DNA of 64,000 nt from Mobula hypostoma (GCF_963921235.1 NC_086100.1:202246001-202310000), one strand, 5' to 3'. Numbered from the stretch's first letter, positions 1 to 12,885 are shown. The notes: generated from the letters alone by a model not told the origin. Made by a program: numbers and translations.

Positions 1-1300
1 TAATGGCCACTACATCATAGCTCCAAGTACTGATCCACGCTCAAAGCTCATCTGCTTTATTCATAATACTCCTCGCATTAAAATAGACACATCTCAAACC
101 ATCGGTCTGAGCGTGTCCCTTCTCGATCACCTGTCTATCTTCCCTCTCGCACTGTATCCAAGCTTTCTCTATATGTGAGCCAACTGCCCATTCCTCTGTC
201 TCTTCAGTTCGGTTCCCACCCTCCCAGCAATTCTAGTTTAAACTCTCCCCAACAGCCTTAACAAACCTCCCCACCAGGATATTGGTCCCCCTGGGATTCA
301 AGTGTAATCTGTCCTTTTTGTACAGGTCACACCTGCCCCAAAAGAGGACCCAATGATCCAGAAATCTGAATCCCTGCCCCCTACTCCAATCCCTCAGCCA
401 CGCATTTATCCTCCACCTCACTCTATTCCTGTACTCACTGTCACGTGGCACAGGCAGTAATCCCGAGATTACTACCTTTGAGGTCCTGATTCTCAACTTC
501 CTTCCTAACTCCCTGTCATCTGTTTTCAGAACTTCCTCCCTTTTCCTGCCTATGTCATTGGTACCAATGTGTACCATGACCTCCAGCTGTTCTCCCTCCC
601 ACTGCAGGGTATCGTGGACATGATCTGAAACATCCCGGACCCTGGCACCTGGAAGACAAACTACCATCTGAGTTTCTTTCCTGTGTCCACAGAATCGCCT
701 GTCTGACCCCCTAACTATAGAGTCCCCTATCACTACTGCCTTCCTCTTCCTTTCCCTACCCTTCTGAGCCACAGGGCGGATTCTGTGCCAGAGGCACGGG
801 CACTGTTGCTTCCCCCAGGTAGGCTGTCCCTCCCAACAGTATTCAAACAGGAGTACTTATTGTTAAGGGGGACAGCCACAGGGGTACTCTCTCGTACCTG
901 ACTCTTCCCCTTCTCCCTCCTGACTGTTACCCACTTGTCCGTCTCCCGTGGCCCCGGTGTGACCACCTGCCTATAACTCGTCTCTATCAACTCCTCACTT
1001 TCTCTGACCAGATGAAGGTCATCGAGCTGCATCTCCAGTTCCCTAACCCGGTCCCCAAGGAGCTGCAGCTCGATGCACCTGGCACAGATGTGGCTGTCCG
1101 GGAGGCTGGGTGTCTCCAGGACCTCCCACATCTGACACCGAGCACAGACAACCGGCCTGACACACATACCTCCTGTCTGTATTCTACTCAGGTAACCTAC
1201 CTCGCCTCGACCTGTTAACGCTGAAGCCCTGTTGAGCCAAAGCCTTCCTACTCTGTCTCGCTCTACTCTGTTGCCCACTCCTCCAACACACACTTTATAA
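1..1300 (-). mobile_element. CR1 LINE 5' part: frameshifted ORF1 (Cys-rich N-terminus plus SGNH/GDSL esterase) and start of ORF2 endonuclease
   Basis: ORFs 733-1293 (CARC...CARC) and 233-772 (VIGDSIVR, HIGTND, D.LHLN); 1-260 is similar to 36190-36450. Confidence 0.9.
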
Positions 1301-1384
1301 GGCTGTCTCCTTTTAAACTCTTTTCACTGGCTGATGTCCACACACTTGCGCAGTTGTGGCTCAATCAAACCAATGAAGAACAGT

Positions 1385-3430
1385 GAGTCCTTGGAATGGG
1401 CTGCCAGTGACAGTGGTGGAGATGGATACGATAGGGTCTTTTCAGAGAGTCCTGGATAGGTAGATGGAGCTCAGAAAAATAGAGAATCATGGGTAACCCT
1501 AGGTAATTTCTCAGGTAAGGACATGTTCAGCACAGCTTTGTAGGCCAAAGGGCCTGTATTGTGCTGTAGGTTTTCTATGTTTCTAATTCCATTATTGAAA
1601 TGACTGACAAGCAATGTGAAAAGTAGCAGTCCCAATACTGACCCCTGAGGAACACCACTGGTCAGTGGCAGCCAACAAGAAAAGGCCCCCTTTATTCCCT
1701 TTTGTTGCCTCCTGCCTGTCAGCCATTCCTCTATCCATGCCAGTATCTTTCCTGCAACACCACTGAATTTTATCTTGTTAAGCAGCCTCATGTGTAGCAC
1801 CTTATCAAATTCCTTCTGAAAATCCAAGTAAGTGACATCCACTGCCTCTCCTTTGTCCACCCTGCTTGTGACTTACTCAAAGAACTCTAACAGATTTGTC
1901 AGGCAAGATTTCCCTTTACATAAACCATTCTGACTTTGACATATTTTATTATTAGTCTCCAAGTACCCCAAAACCTCATCCTTAATAATAGACTCCAACA
2001 CTTTCCCAACCACTGAGATTAGGCTAACTGGCCAAAACTTCCTTTCTTTTGCCTTCCTCCCTTCTGAAAGAGTGGAGTAACATTTGAAATTTTCCAGTCC
2101 TCTGGGACATGCCAGAAACAAGTGATTCTTGAAAGATCATGACCATTGCGTCTGTTATCTCTTCAGCAACCTGTCTCAGGACTCTGGGATGTAGTCCATC
2201 TGGTCCAGGTGACTTATCCACCTTAAGAGCTTTGAGTTTGCCTAGCACTTCTTCCTTTGTAATAGCAATGGCACTCACTCCTGCTCCCTGACACTCACGG
2301 ACCTCTGGCATACTGCTAGTGTCTTCCACAGTGAAGACAGATGCAAAGTACCCATTAAGTTCATCTGCCATTTCTTTGTCCCCCATTACTACCTCACCAG
2401 CATCATTTTCCAGTGGTCCTATATCAACTCTCACCTCCCTTTTACTCCTTATAAAACTGAAAAAAAACTTGGTATCCTGCTTTATATTATTGGCTGGTCT
2501 CCTCTCATATTACATCTTTTCCCTTCTTATAGCTTTTTTAGTTGCCTTTTGTTGGATTTTAAAAGCTTCCCAATCATCCAACTTCCCACTCACTTTTGCT
2601 ACCTAGTATGCCCTTTACTTGGCTTTTATACAGTCCTTAACTTCCTTTGTCAGCCACGGTTGCCTACCCCTGCCATTTGAGAACTTCTTCCTCTGTAGGA
2701 CATATCTATCCTGCGCCTTGTGAACTATTCCCAGAAACTTCAGCCATCTCTGCTCTGCCGATATCCCCGCCAGTATCGTCTTCCAATCCACCTGGACAAG
2801 CTTCTCTCTCATGCCTCTGTAATTCCCTCTATTTCATTCTGATACAGATATATATGACTTGTGTTTCTCCCTCTCAAATTGCACTATGAATTCAATCATA
2901 TGATGATCACTGCCCTCTCAGGGTTCCTTTACATTCAGCTCCCTAACAAAATCTGGGTTACTACACAACACCCAATCTAAGATGGCCTTTCCTTGACAGC
3001 TCAAGCACAAGCTGCTCTAAAAAGCCATCTCGTAGGTATTCAACAAATTCCGTCTCTTGTGATCCGACACCAACCTGATTTTCCCAATCCCCTTGCATAT
3101 TGAAGTCCCCTATTACAATTGTGTCATTACCCTTATTACATGCCCTTTCCAGCTCCCTTTGCAATCTCAACCCCACATCTTGGCTACTATTTGGAGGCCT
3201 ATATATGATTCCCATAATGGGTTTTTTTTTTTACCCTTGCAGTTTCTTAACTCTAAGAAACACAAAGATTTAACATTCTCTGACCCTATATCACCCATTT
3301 CTAATGATATAATTCCATCTCTTCCCAACAAAGCCACACCACCATCTCTGCCTTCCTGTCTGTCCTTTCGACACAAGATATATCTTTTGATGTAATGGTC
3401 ACAACTATGGCCTTCTTTCAGCCAAGACTC
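1385..3430. mobile_element. CR1 3' end (+, about 1385-1585) abutting a decayed CR1 ORF2 (-, about 1590-3430)
   Basis: Tail gggcctgtattgtgctgtaggttttctatgtttcta; peptides KSPGPDGLHPRVL, SCLTNLLEFFE, SGVPQGSVLG, IYRPP, IGDFN split by stops and frameshifts. Confidence 0.9.
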
Positions 3431-6000
3431 ACTGCTGCATATTGATCTCCTCTCTCTCTCTCTCTCGCACTGCAACATGAATATACCAGTTGAAGCCATC
3501 TCCTGCATGTGTTCTTCTGTTTAATCAATATATAGTTGTGCACAGACAGAACAAATTGGCGACAAGTACGGATCTGAATATCAGAAAATATCACGAACTG
3601 CACCGACAGTTATGGGACAAAACGAGAGTTAAGAGTTAAAGAGTACAGAGTAGGCTGCGTCACAGACGCTAACAAAGGGATGCGTGAGTAACACTGCATA
3701 GTACACAGAGCAAGATGCAACTAGCAAATTTAAAGTGTAACTAAGCTGGTGATGGCTTTAGTCAGGAAAATTGATGAATTTGATCATGCTAATGAAAGCT
3801 GAATGTTGTATTTGAAGAGGGTGGAACTGTATTGTAACATGAGCAACGTGGAGTAACAAAAAGAAAGCCCCCACACTTCCTAGCTTAATGGATGCAAGGA
3901 TGTATAGTCTCTTATGCAACTTAGTAACTCCTGAAAAGCCAGCAAGCAAGACATTCAATGAAATTGTTACAATTTTACAAAATCACTTGAGCCCTAAACC
4001 ACTGGTAATGGCTGAGAGATATAGATTTTACAAAAGGAATCAAAGGATGAAAGCATTTTAGAATACATTGCAGAACTGTGCAAACTTTCCCAGTACTGTG
4101 ACTTCAGAGATTGACTTTCTGATGCATCAAGGGACAGGCTTATATGTGGCATGCATAGTCATAGCACTCAAACGAGGCTACTGTCAGTAAGAGACCTAAC
4201 CTTAGAATGGACATTGACCATTGCAATAGAGACTACAGCAAATGATGCCGCAGAACTACAGAAAAGGAGGTTAGAATGTGAAGTGCACAAAATGTTCCTG
4301 AATAGTGCAACAAGCCAAAAATGTTATCGATGTAGCAAATCCTCCCATGAAACAAGTGACCGTTGTTTCAAAGAAAAAGTTTGCAGGAAGTATCATAGAC
4401 AAGGTCACAGAAAGAATGTGCAAGGCAGACAAAAAGCAGAACCAAAGAGGAAGAACACACTGAGTGAAAAGTTTCAGACACGAAATTAACCAAATGTAAA
4501 ACCGAAACAGATAAAACAGAGCCTGACGAAAGTGAACTCTCATACCTGGAACTGCATAGTATGGCTGACGGATCAGAAAGTCACCTGGATCACAATAGTT
4601 GTGTCTGGTGTAAAACTGAAAATGGAGCTGGACACAGGGTCAGCTTTGTCAATAACTTCAGTGGCTGACTACAACAGACTGCTTTCTGAGATATCATCAG
4701 AGGAAACTTCAGTGCTGCTGAAGACCTACACAGGCAAAGAAGTGTCTCTCAACAGCAAACTGAAGGTGAATGTAACACGTGCAGGCCAAACACAGCAGTT
4801 AGAGCTCTACGTATTGAAAAGCGGAAGCCAGCTCCTTTTGGACATGAATGGTTGAGAAAAATCCAACTAGACTGTCACTGAATCAAAGCTCTCATCTGTC
4901 CTCAACAGGCAACTGCAGCCTAACCAGGTAGCACTAACCAGAGACTGTCCAGCTGCTTAATGCTAATGAGCAGCCCTGTGATCTCTGTCTCAGAAGCCGA
5001 TATTAGGCTGTCTATAAAGAGAGTGAACCCTTGCAAGGTGGAAGGTCCCGATGGAGTACCTGGTGAGGCTTTGAAAACCTGTGCCAACCAACTGCGTGAG
5101 TATTCAAGGACATTTTCAACCGCTCACTGCTATGGGCAGAAGTTCCCACTTGCTTCAAACAGGCAATAATTGTACCACAGCCTAAGAACAATAACGTGAG
5201 CTGCATTAATGACTATCACCCGGCAGCACTCACATCTACAGTGATGAAATGCTTAGAGAGGTTGATCTAGTCAGTCTTGCCTCAGCAAGGACCTGGACCT
5301 ATTGCCACAATAGGTCAATGGCAGATGCAATCCCAATGGCTCTTCACACTGCTTTAGGCCACCTGGACAACACAAGAACCTATGTCAGGATGCTGTTCAT
5401 CGACTACAGCTCAGCATTCCCACAATCCTGACTGAGAAGTTACAGAACCTGGGCCTCTGCATCTCCCTCTGCAATTGGAATCTGGACTTCCTAACCAGAA
5501 GACCACAATCTGTGTGGATTGGTGATAACATCTCCTCCTTGCTGACGATGAATACTGGTACACCTCAGGGGTGTGTGCTTAGCCCACTGCTCTACTCTCT
5601 GTATACACGACTGTGTGGCTAGGCATAGCTTAATTATCATCTATAAATTTGCTGACGATACAACCATAGTTGGTAGAATCTCAGGTGGTGATGAGAGGGC
5701 GTACAGGACTGAGATATGCCAACTAGTGGAGTGGTGTCGCAGCAACAACCTGGCACTCAACGTCAGTAAGACAGAGCTGATTGTGGACTTCAGGAAGAGT
5801 AAGTCGAAGGAACACATACCAATCCCCATAGAGGGATCAGAAGTGGAGAGAGTGAGTGGTTTCAAGTTCCTGGGTGTTAAGATCGCTGAGGATCTAACTT
5901 GGTCCCAACATATTGATGCAGTTACACAGAAGGCAAGACAGCGACTATACTTCATTAGGAGTTTGAGGAGATTTGGTATGTCAACAAATACTCTCAAAAA

Positions 6001-7172
6001 CATAGAAACATAGAAAATCTGTAGCACAATACAGGCCCTTTGGCCCACAAAGCTCTGCCAAACATGACCTTACCTTAGAAATTACCTAGGGTTACCCACA
6101 GTCCTCTATTTTTCTGAGCTCCATGTACCTATCCAGGAGTCTCTTAAAAAACCCTATCGTATCTGCCCCCACCACCACCGCCAGCAGCCCATTCCATGCA
6201 CTCACCCCTCTTTGCATAAAAAACTTACCCCTGACATCTCCTCTGTACCTACTTCTAAGCACCTTAAAACTATGCCCTCTCGTGCTAGCCATTTCAGCCC
6301 AGGGAAAAAGCCTCTGACTATCCACACGGTCAATGCCTCTCATCATCTTATACACCTCTATCAGGTCACCTCTCATCCTCCGTCGCTCCAAGGAGAAAAG
6401 GCCAAGTTCACTCAACCTATTCTCATAAGGCATGCTCCCCAATCCAGGCAACATCCTTGTAAATCTCCTCTGCACGCTTTCTATGGTTTCCACATCCTTC
6501 CTGTAGTGAGGTGACCAGAACTGAGCACAGTACTCCAAGTGGGGTCTGACCAGGGTCTTTGTGGGAGAAAATATGAAGGCCTTACATTGTAATGGGCATT
6601 GAGGGGTTAATGATCTGTTTAAAAATGTGAATTTGAAGTCTACAAGCATTTATCTGTAACTAATGTACTCAGTGATTGAAATGTGACTTGCAACCGAGAC
6701 ACAAAATTAACTGTATCTGTACTTCTTTGTTCTGAGAATTTTTAGATGTCTGTGGTTGAGCCAGCTTGCCTGATATAGTTTTTGAAAACTGACACTTAAG
6801 TAAAATGTGTTGCTTCTCAAGAACATATTTTTGCTACTTCCCTATTCTGTAGCATTCTCTGAAAATGCTCGACAAATGTTCAAATAAGGAATTATCTGAT
6901 CATACAATGTCCTGAGGCACGTGACCTTTACTTCTGTAAAAAAAATCCACCTACGTGTCTCTTGTCACGTACCATTCATGTATAAATATGACTGAGTTTT
7001 CTTGTTTGACGGAGCTCCAGGACCGCACCTTTAGGTGCTGGGCTCCCCGTGATATCATGTGACAAATAAAGAATTTTCTACCACACTCTCCCTCCGGGTC
7101 CGAGTATTCTTTTTCCGCGACAGTCTTAAATAGCTGTAACATTACCTCTCGGCTCAAACTCAATCCCATGAT
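6001..7172 (-). mobile_element. CR1 3' end nested in the Rex-type LINE
   Basis: (CATAGAAA)n tail at 6001; LVRPHLEYCAQFWSP...ERRRMRGDLIEVYK; resumes at 7123 after an insertion. Confidence 0.9.
6560..7122 (+). mobile_element. Solo LTR (563 bp) with 5-bp TSD GTCTT
   Basis: Starts TGTGGGAGAAAA, ends TTTTCCGCGACA; GTCTT at 6555-6559 and 7123-7127; AATAAA at about 7065; removing it restores CR1 sequence matching the copy at about 39833-39895. Confidence 0.85.
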
Positions 7173-10019
7173 TGGTGTACTGTGGAGAACATTCTGACAG
7201 GCTGCATCACTGTCTGCTATGGCGTGGGTGGGGGGGGGCTACTGCACAGGACCGAAAGAAGCTGCAGAGGGTTGTAAATTTAGTTGGCTCTATCTTGAGT
7301 ATGAGCCTACAAAGTACCCAGGACATCTTCAGGGATCGGTGTCTCAGAAAGTCAGTGTCCATTATTAAGGACCTCCAGCACCCAGGGCATGCCCTTTTCT
7401 CACTGTTACCATCAGGTGGGAGGTACAGAAGCCTGAAGGCACACACTCAGTGATTCAGGAACAGCTTCTTCCCCTCTGCCATCTGATTCCTAAATGGACA
7501 TTGAACCCTTGACACTACCTCACTTCTTAAATATATATTATTTCTGGTTTTTGACTATTTTTAATCTATTCAATATACATATACTGTAATTGATTTACTT
7601 ATTTATTTTATTTTTTTTTCTCTCTGCTAGATTATGTATTGCATTGAACTGCTGCTGTTAAGTTAACAAAATTCACGACACGTGCCAGTGATAATAAACC
7701 TGATTCTGATTCTGAGAAGGTATTTGAGAAGGGGATTGGTAAACTCAAAGGCTAGCAGAACAGAAACGAACTGCCTAAAACAGCAACAGCAAGATTCCAA
7801 AAGCATGTCCAGTGCCTTACGCACTACGTCCTAAAGTGGACACTGAACTTCAGACTTGGGGTGTCTGGAATTCTCTCAAGCATAGAGTGGAGTGACTGGG
7901 CCGTGCCCATTGACCCAGTGATCAAGAAAGGGAAGTCCGGAACAGTTCGTAATTTGTGGAGATTTCAAAGTGAGCATCAACCCGGTGCTGTGTACTGTGC
8001 AGTATCCCCTGCCACAAATAGAAGACATTTTTGCACCTTTGGTAGGTGGGGAGAGGTTTTCAAAGATTGACTTGTCACAAGCCTATCTGCAAATGGAGAT
8101 TGAGAATCAAGCAGGAATTTCCTCACAATCAACACTCACAAGGGACTGTTCCAGTATAATCGTCTCGTCTTTGGCGTCGCATCAGCTCCAGAAATTTGGC
8201 AAAGAACAATGGACCAAGTGTTCCAAGATATCCCAGGAACACAATGTTACCTCGATGGCATCATCGTCAATGGCAAGATTGATGAAGAGCACCTCCAGAA
8301 CCTTGGTAAGGTCTGTGCGCAAAGAGTGAGAAATGTGAGTTTTTCAAGAATGAAATCTCATATTGTGGACAAACATGGCTTACACAAGTCACAAGACAAG
8401 ATTGAAGCAGTGCGACAGGCACCCAACTGGAAGATGTGTCACAACTCTGGTCATACTTGGGCTTTGTAAACTACTACCACCGGTTTCTCCCAAACCATTG
8501 CTACAGTGATGCACCCATTGAATGCACTGTTGCAGACAGAAGCTAAGCGGGAATGGTCAGAAAGATGTGAAAGAGCATTCAAGGAAATAAAGAGACTAAT
8601 AACATCCAACAAACTGCTCATCCATTGTGATCCATCTCTGCCCATCAGACTGGCGTGCAATGTGTCCCCTTATGGCACTGGGTCTATTTTCTCACACATT
8701 CTGAAAGATGGATCTGAATGCCTGATTGCTTCAAGATCACTGATGAGCACAGAACACAACTACACACAGATCAACAAAGAGGCTCTTGGTCCAGTATGAG
8801 GAATAAAGAGGTTCAACCACTACCTTTACGGACAAAAGTTTATGCTAGTGACAGATCACCAGCCCCTTGTGCCAGGAAGGGAATTCCAGTGACGACTGCT
8901 GCCCGGTTGCAACGTTGGGCACCTTTCCCAGGAGCCCACTCTGATGACATAAAGTTCAAGGTACCAAACAACACAGCAATGCTGACAGCTTGTCACATCT
9001 TCCACTGTTGACAACTGAAGAAGAAAAGTTTTCATTCTATGACCAAGCAGAAATGGTTCACACAGCATTGGTGGACCAGTCACCAGTAACAAATTCTGAA
9101 ATACAAAGAACAACAATGAATGACCCAACATTATCAAAAGTCTGGCCAGGTCATGGCAATCCTGTTTCCAGAGTTCTCAGTGAGATGAGATCAACTTCAG
9201 TATGTTAAAGAACGCTGATGTGTGGATCTCATGTTCTGGTTCCTCGAAACTGCACACCAGAGTACATGAAGGACACCCGGGTACAGTCAAGATGAAGAGT
9301 CTCACCCAGAGCTACGTGTGGTGACCAGGAATCAACAGACAGATTGAAGACTTGACCAAAAGCTGTTCACGATTCCAAAAAGTTCAAAATGCACTTGGAC
9401 AAGCACCATTACACCCGTGGGAGTGGCCATCATCACTATGGCAAAGAGTACATATTGACTTTGCTGGGCCATTCCTGGACTCCATGTTTGTGATGGCTGA
9501 GGATGCTCATTCAAAGTGGCCGGTGGTTATACCGACGAAGCCAATGAATGCTGAATTCCTCCAGCATTTTGTGTGTGTTGCTTGGATTTGCAGCATCAGC
9601 AGATTTTCTCCTTTGTGATTTGATTACAACTCAATAGTCTCTGTGTTCCCAGAGGCTGACGCCGGGGTGGGCAAGGGCATGTACAAGCCAGTGCCTGACA
9701 GTGGTGTGAGTGGATTGATTGATTACTGAACATCACCATCACTCTCTAGCTCCAGTGCCTGACAACTTCCCAAGTCGGTGTGGATCCCTGGTGACTCCTG
9801 GACCAGCCTAACACGAGGATCCATGCCAAAGCTTCACTGATGTCCACGTTGACAACACACACCATCCTCTTCTCAGCAATCACTATTATCACCTCCTCCA
9901 AACCAACATCACATTGTGAGACAGCACACGGCCACGGTGACTGTTGCACAAGTGGGGGGCTGGGGCTTAATAAATATTCAGGGTAATAAATGTATGTGAG
10001 CAGCAAGGATCAGGGTTAA

Positions 10020-10490
10020 TCTAAGAAAGGATCTACTGGCATTGGAGAGGGTTCAGAGGAGGTTCACGAGAATTATCCCAGGATGAAAGGGTTACTGTGT
10101 GAATGGCTCTGGGCCTGTACTTGCTGAAGTTTAGAAGAGTGAGGGTGGATCTCACTGAAACCTTTTGAATACTGAAAGGCCTGAATACAGTGGGATCAAA
10201 AAGCACAGCCTCCAAATACAAGGACATCCCTTCAGATAAGAGATGAGAAAGAATTTCTTTAGCCAGCGGGGAGTGAATCTGTGGAATTCATTGCCACAGA
10301 CACCTGTGGAGGCCCGGTTATTGGGTATATTTAAAGCAGACCTTAATAGGTTCTTAATTAGTCCGGACATCAAAGGTTACAGGGAGAAGGCAAGAGACTG
10401 TTGAGAGGGACAATAAATCAGCCTTGATGGAATGGCGGGCAGACAAAATGTACCAAATGGTCTAATTGTGCTCCAACATCTTATGGTAAT
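10020..10490 (+). mobile_element. CR1 3' end fragment
   Basis: ggagagggttcagaggaggttcac RT C-terminal block and CR1 3'UTR, similar to 26520-27010. Confidence 0.85.
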
Positions 10491-10588
10491 AAAGATCTGC
10501 GGGCAGTGAGGGCATAATAAGCCACCTGACCCCAGGCCCAGGGGCAGTCAGGGGTGTTCCTGGGAAAGACAGCATCCTGGAATCGTAC

Positions 10589-10678
10589 CTTGCACTGCCT
10601 GCAGCACACTCCGTGTGCACACTGGGCGCCTGGAGTAAGGGTGCAGTTATTGGCGTTGCAACACGGGTTCGCACACTC
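10589..10678 (-). CDS. ADAM33: ADAM33-like exon 13 (disintegrin); gene continues beyond the left edge
   Basis: ttacag|...|gtacga, 90 nt; [30 protein letters not shown]. No later exon recognised in 1-10588. Confidence 0.95.
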
Positions 10679-10934
10679 CTGTAACACAAGCAGAGAGTAT
10701 TAATGTCCGGAAGTGGCCGTACACCGGCCTCGCCGTACAGACAGGTTCTGCACACTGCCCTGTGCCTGTACTGGTCAGGTTACTGTCCCCGTACCAATCA
10801 CTATTAAATTTATCACACCACATCACCTCTCTCAGTCACCCCAACCTTCCCGCCAATTACAGCCCCCATCAGGATCTCAAACCCCTGCTACTGTCGTTCC
10901 CATCCTTTCGGTTATCGCCCCACACCCCACTGAC

Positions 10935-11112
10935 CTGCACCTCTCCACAGTCGCACTCTTCCTCGGCCTCTAGGTAGCCATTACCACAGCGTCGAGCTCC
11001 GTACAGTCTCTCCATATCCGGCCGGTTATACAAGCACACACCTCCTCCACGCCGAAGGTAAAACCGTAGGTCCGAATGGCTACAGGAGCTGAAGACCCTC
11101 GGGAACGGGTGT
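10935..11112 (-). CDS. ADAM33: ADAM33-like exon 12 (end of protease, start of disintegrin)
   Basis: cctcag|...|gtcagt, 178 nt; HPFPRVFSSCSHSDLRFYLRRGGGVCLYNRPDMERLYGARRCGNGYLEAEEECDCGEVQ. Confidence 0.95.
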
Positions 11113-12035
11113 CTGAGGGAGGGAGAGTGGAGTGAAGACCCTCGGGAACGGGTGTCTGAGGGAGGGAGAGCGGAGTGAAGACCCTCGGGAACGGGTGTCT
11201 GAGGGAGGGAGAGCGGGGAGTGAAGACCCTTGGGAACGGGTGTCTGAGGGAGGGAGAGCGGGGAGTGAAGACCCTCGGGAACGGGTGTCTGAGGGAGGGA
11301 GAGCGGGGAGTGAAGACCCTCGGGAACGGGTGTCTGAGGGAGGGAGAGCGGGGAGTGAAGACCCTCAGGAACGGGTGTCTGAGAGAGGGAGAGCGGAGTG
11401 AAGACCCTCGGGAACGGGTGTCTGAGAGAGGGAGAGCGGAGTGAAGACCCTCGGGAACGGGTGTCAGAGAGGGAGAGCGGAGTGAAGACCCTCGGGAACG
11501 GGTGTCTGAGAGAGGGAGTGCAGAGTGAAGATCCTCGGGTGAATGGGAGTCTGAGGGAGAGGGAGAGTGAAGTGAAGACCCTCGGGAATGACTGTCTGAG
11601 GGCGAGGGAGGTCAGTGAAAATCCTGAGGAGAATGGGTGTCCGAGGGACGTAAAGAGGGACAGCAGAGTGAAGACCCCCAGGAATGGGTGTCTGAGGGCG
11701 AGGGAGTGCGGAGTGAAGATCCTCGGGTGAATGAGTGTCAAAGGGAGAGGGAGAGTGGAGTGAAGACCCTTGGGAACAGGTATCTGAGGGGGAGAGAGAG
11801 GGGAGTGCGGAGTGAAGACCACTGGGTGAATGGGTTTCTGAGGGGGAAGAACAGCGGAGTGAAGACCCCCGGGAACGGGTGACCGATGGTGTGGAAGAGC
11901 TCCTTGGGAGAATGGGTGTCTGAGTGAGAGGGAGACGCTGAGCGGTGTGAAGACCCTCGGGAATGGGTGCCCGAGGGCCAGGGAGTGCGAAGTGAAGATC
12001 TTCGGGAGAGTGAGTGTCTGAGGGAGAGGGAGATG
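11091..12035 (-). repeat. 41-45 bp minisatellite made of the exon-12 splice acceptor plus the first 22 exon nt
   Basis: Unit starts (gaagaccctcgggaacgggtgtctgag...) at 11091, 11134, 11177, 11222, 11267, 11312, 11357, 11400, 11443, 11484, 11527, then degenerate. Confidence 0.95.
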
Positions 12036-12144
12036 AGTGACTGACGTCGAGGTGGTTGACGGTGTCTCTGGAATCTTGCTGTGCATGCCAGGTGGTCAGC
12101 AGTGTCTCTGTGTTGGCAAGTCAGTGTAGTCCCTGGGATGACCA

Positions 12145-12780
12145 TCAAACCATGAGATACTACAGCATAATCATAGGCCTTTGACCCATCGAGTCTGCTC
12201 CATCATCTCTTCATGGCTGATCCATTTTCCCTCTCAGCTCCTCCTACTTTACCTCCTTATCTCTTCGTGCCCTGTATAATCAAGAATCTATCCACATCTG
12301 CTTAAATACACCTGAAGAATTGGCCTCCACAGCTTTGTGAACTTCCTTTGAACTCTCTCCAGTTTCAGCACTTCTTTTCTACGATACAGGGCTCAAACCT
12401 GCTCACAATACTCCAAGTGAGGCCTCGCCAGCGCTTTGTAAAGTCTCAACATTACTTCCTTGCTTTAATATTCTAGTCCTCTTGAAAAGAAATTAATGCT
12501 AACACTGCGTTTGCCTTCCTCACCACAGAACAGACTCACTGTGCAAATCCACCTTCGGGGAATCCAGCTCAAGGACTCCCAAGTTCTTTGCTTCTCGGAA
12601 TTTTGAATTTTCTCTCCATTTAGAAAACAGTTTGCTTGAATTTAGTGCATGGCCATACAATTCCCGACACTGTATTCCAGCTGCCATTTCTTGGCCCATT
12701 CTCCCTATCTGTATACATCCTCTGTGGCCCCTCTGCTTTCTCACCTCCTCTCTTCATACTGTCTGCAGACTTCGCCACAA
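12145..12780 (-). mobile_element. Decayed CR1 3' fragment
   Basis: caatactccaagtgaggcctc (RPHLEY) block and CR1 3'UTR. Confidence 0.8.
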
Positions 12781-12885
12781 AGCGGCAGGTCCGTCATCCA
12801 CCCAAGCCATCGGGGGTTTCAGGGGGTGGGGGTGTTGGAGGGGTTTCAGGGGGTGGGGGTGTCAGGAGTGTCTCCATGTCCTCAC

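Larger units (their letters stand above)
4960..7714 (+). mobile_element. Rex1/L2-type LINE 3' half inserted in the Gypsy pol
   Basis: [54 protein letters not shown]; ends aataaacctgattctgattctga; Gypsy pol resumes at about 7715. Confidence 0.85.
3450..9545 (+). mobile_element. Decayed Ty3/Gypsy LTR retrotransposon (gag-PR-RT-RNaseH-IN), interrupted at about 4960-7714
   Basis: PBS-like TGGCGAC at 3557; zinc-knuckle remnant CYRCSKSSH; protease MELDTGSA; RT YPLPQIEDIF, FSKIDLSQAYLQ, YLDGII; RNase H segment; integrase WQRVHIDFAGP. PR-RT-RH-IN order is Gypsy-type. No 3' LTR seen. Confidence 0.88.

Noticed and set aside
233..772. Stand-alone GDSL/SGNH esterase gene
   Set aside because: It is the esterase domain of CR1 ORF1, frameshifted and directly followed by the ORF2 endonuclease.
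1..10588. Further ADAM exons (CDLPEFC disintegrin loop onward)
   Set aside because: No matching peptide with splice sites recognised; region is almost all TE, so these exons are presumably outside the window.
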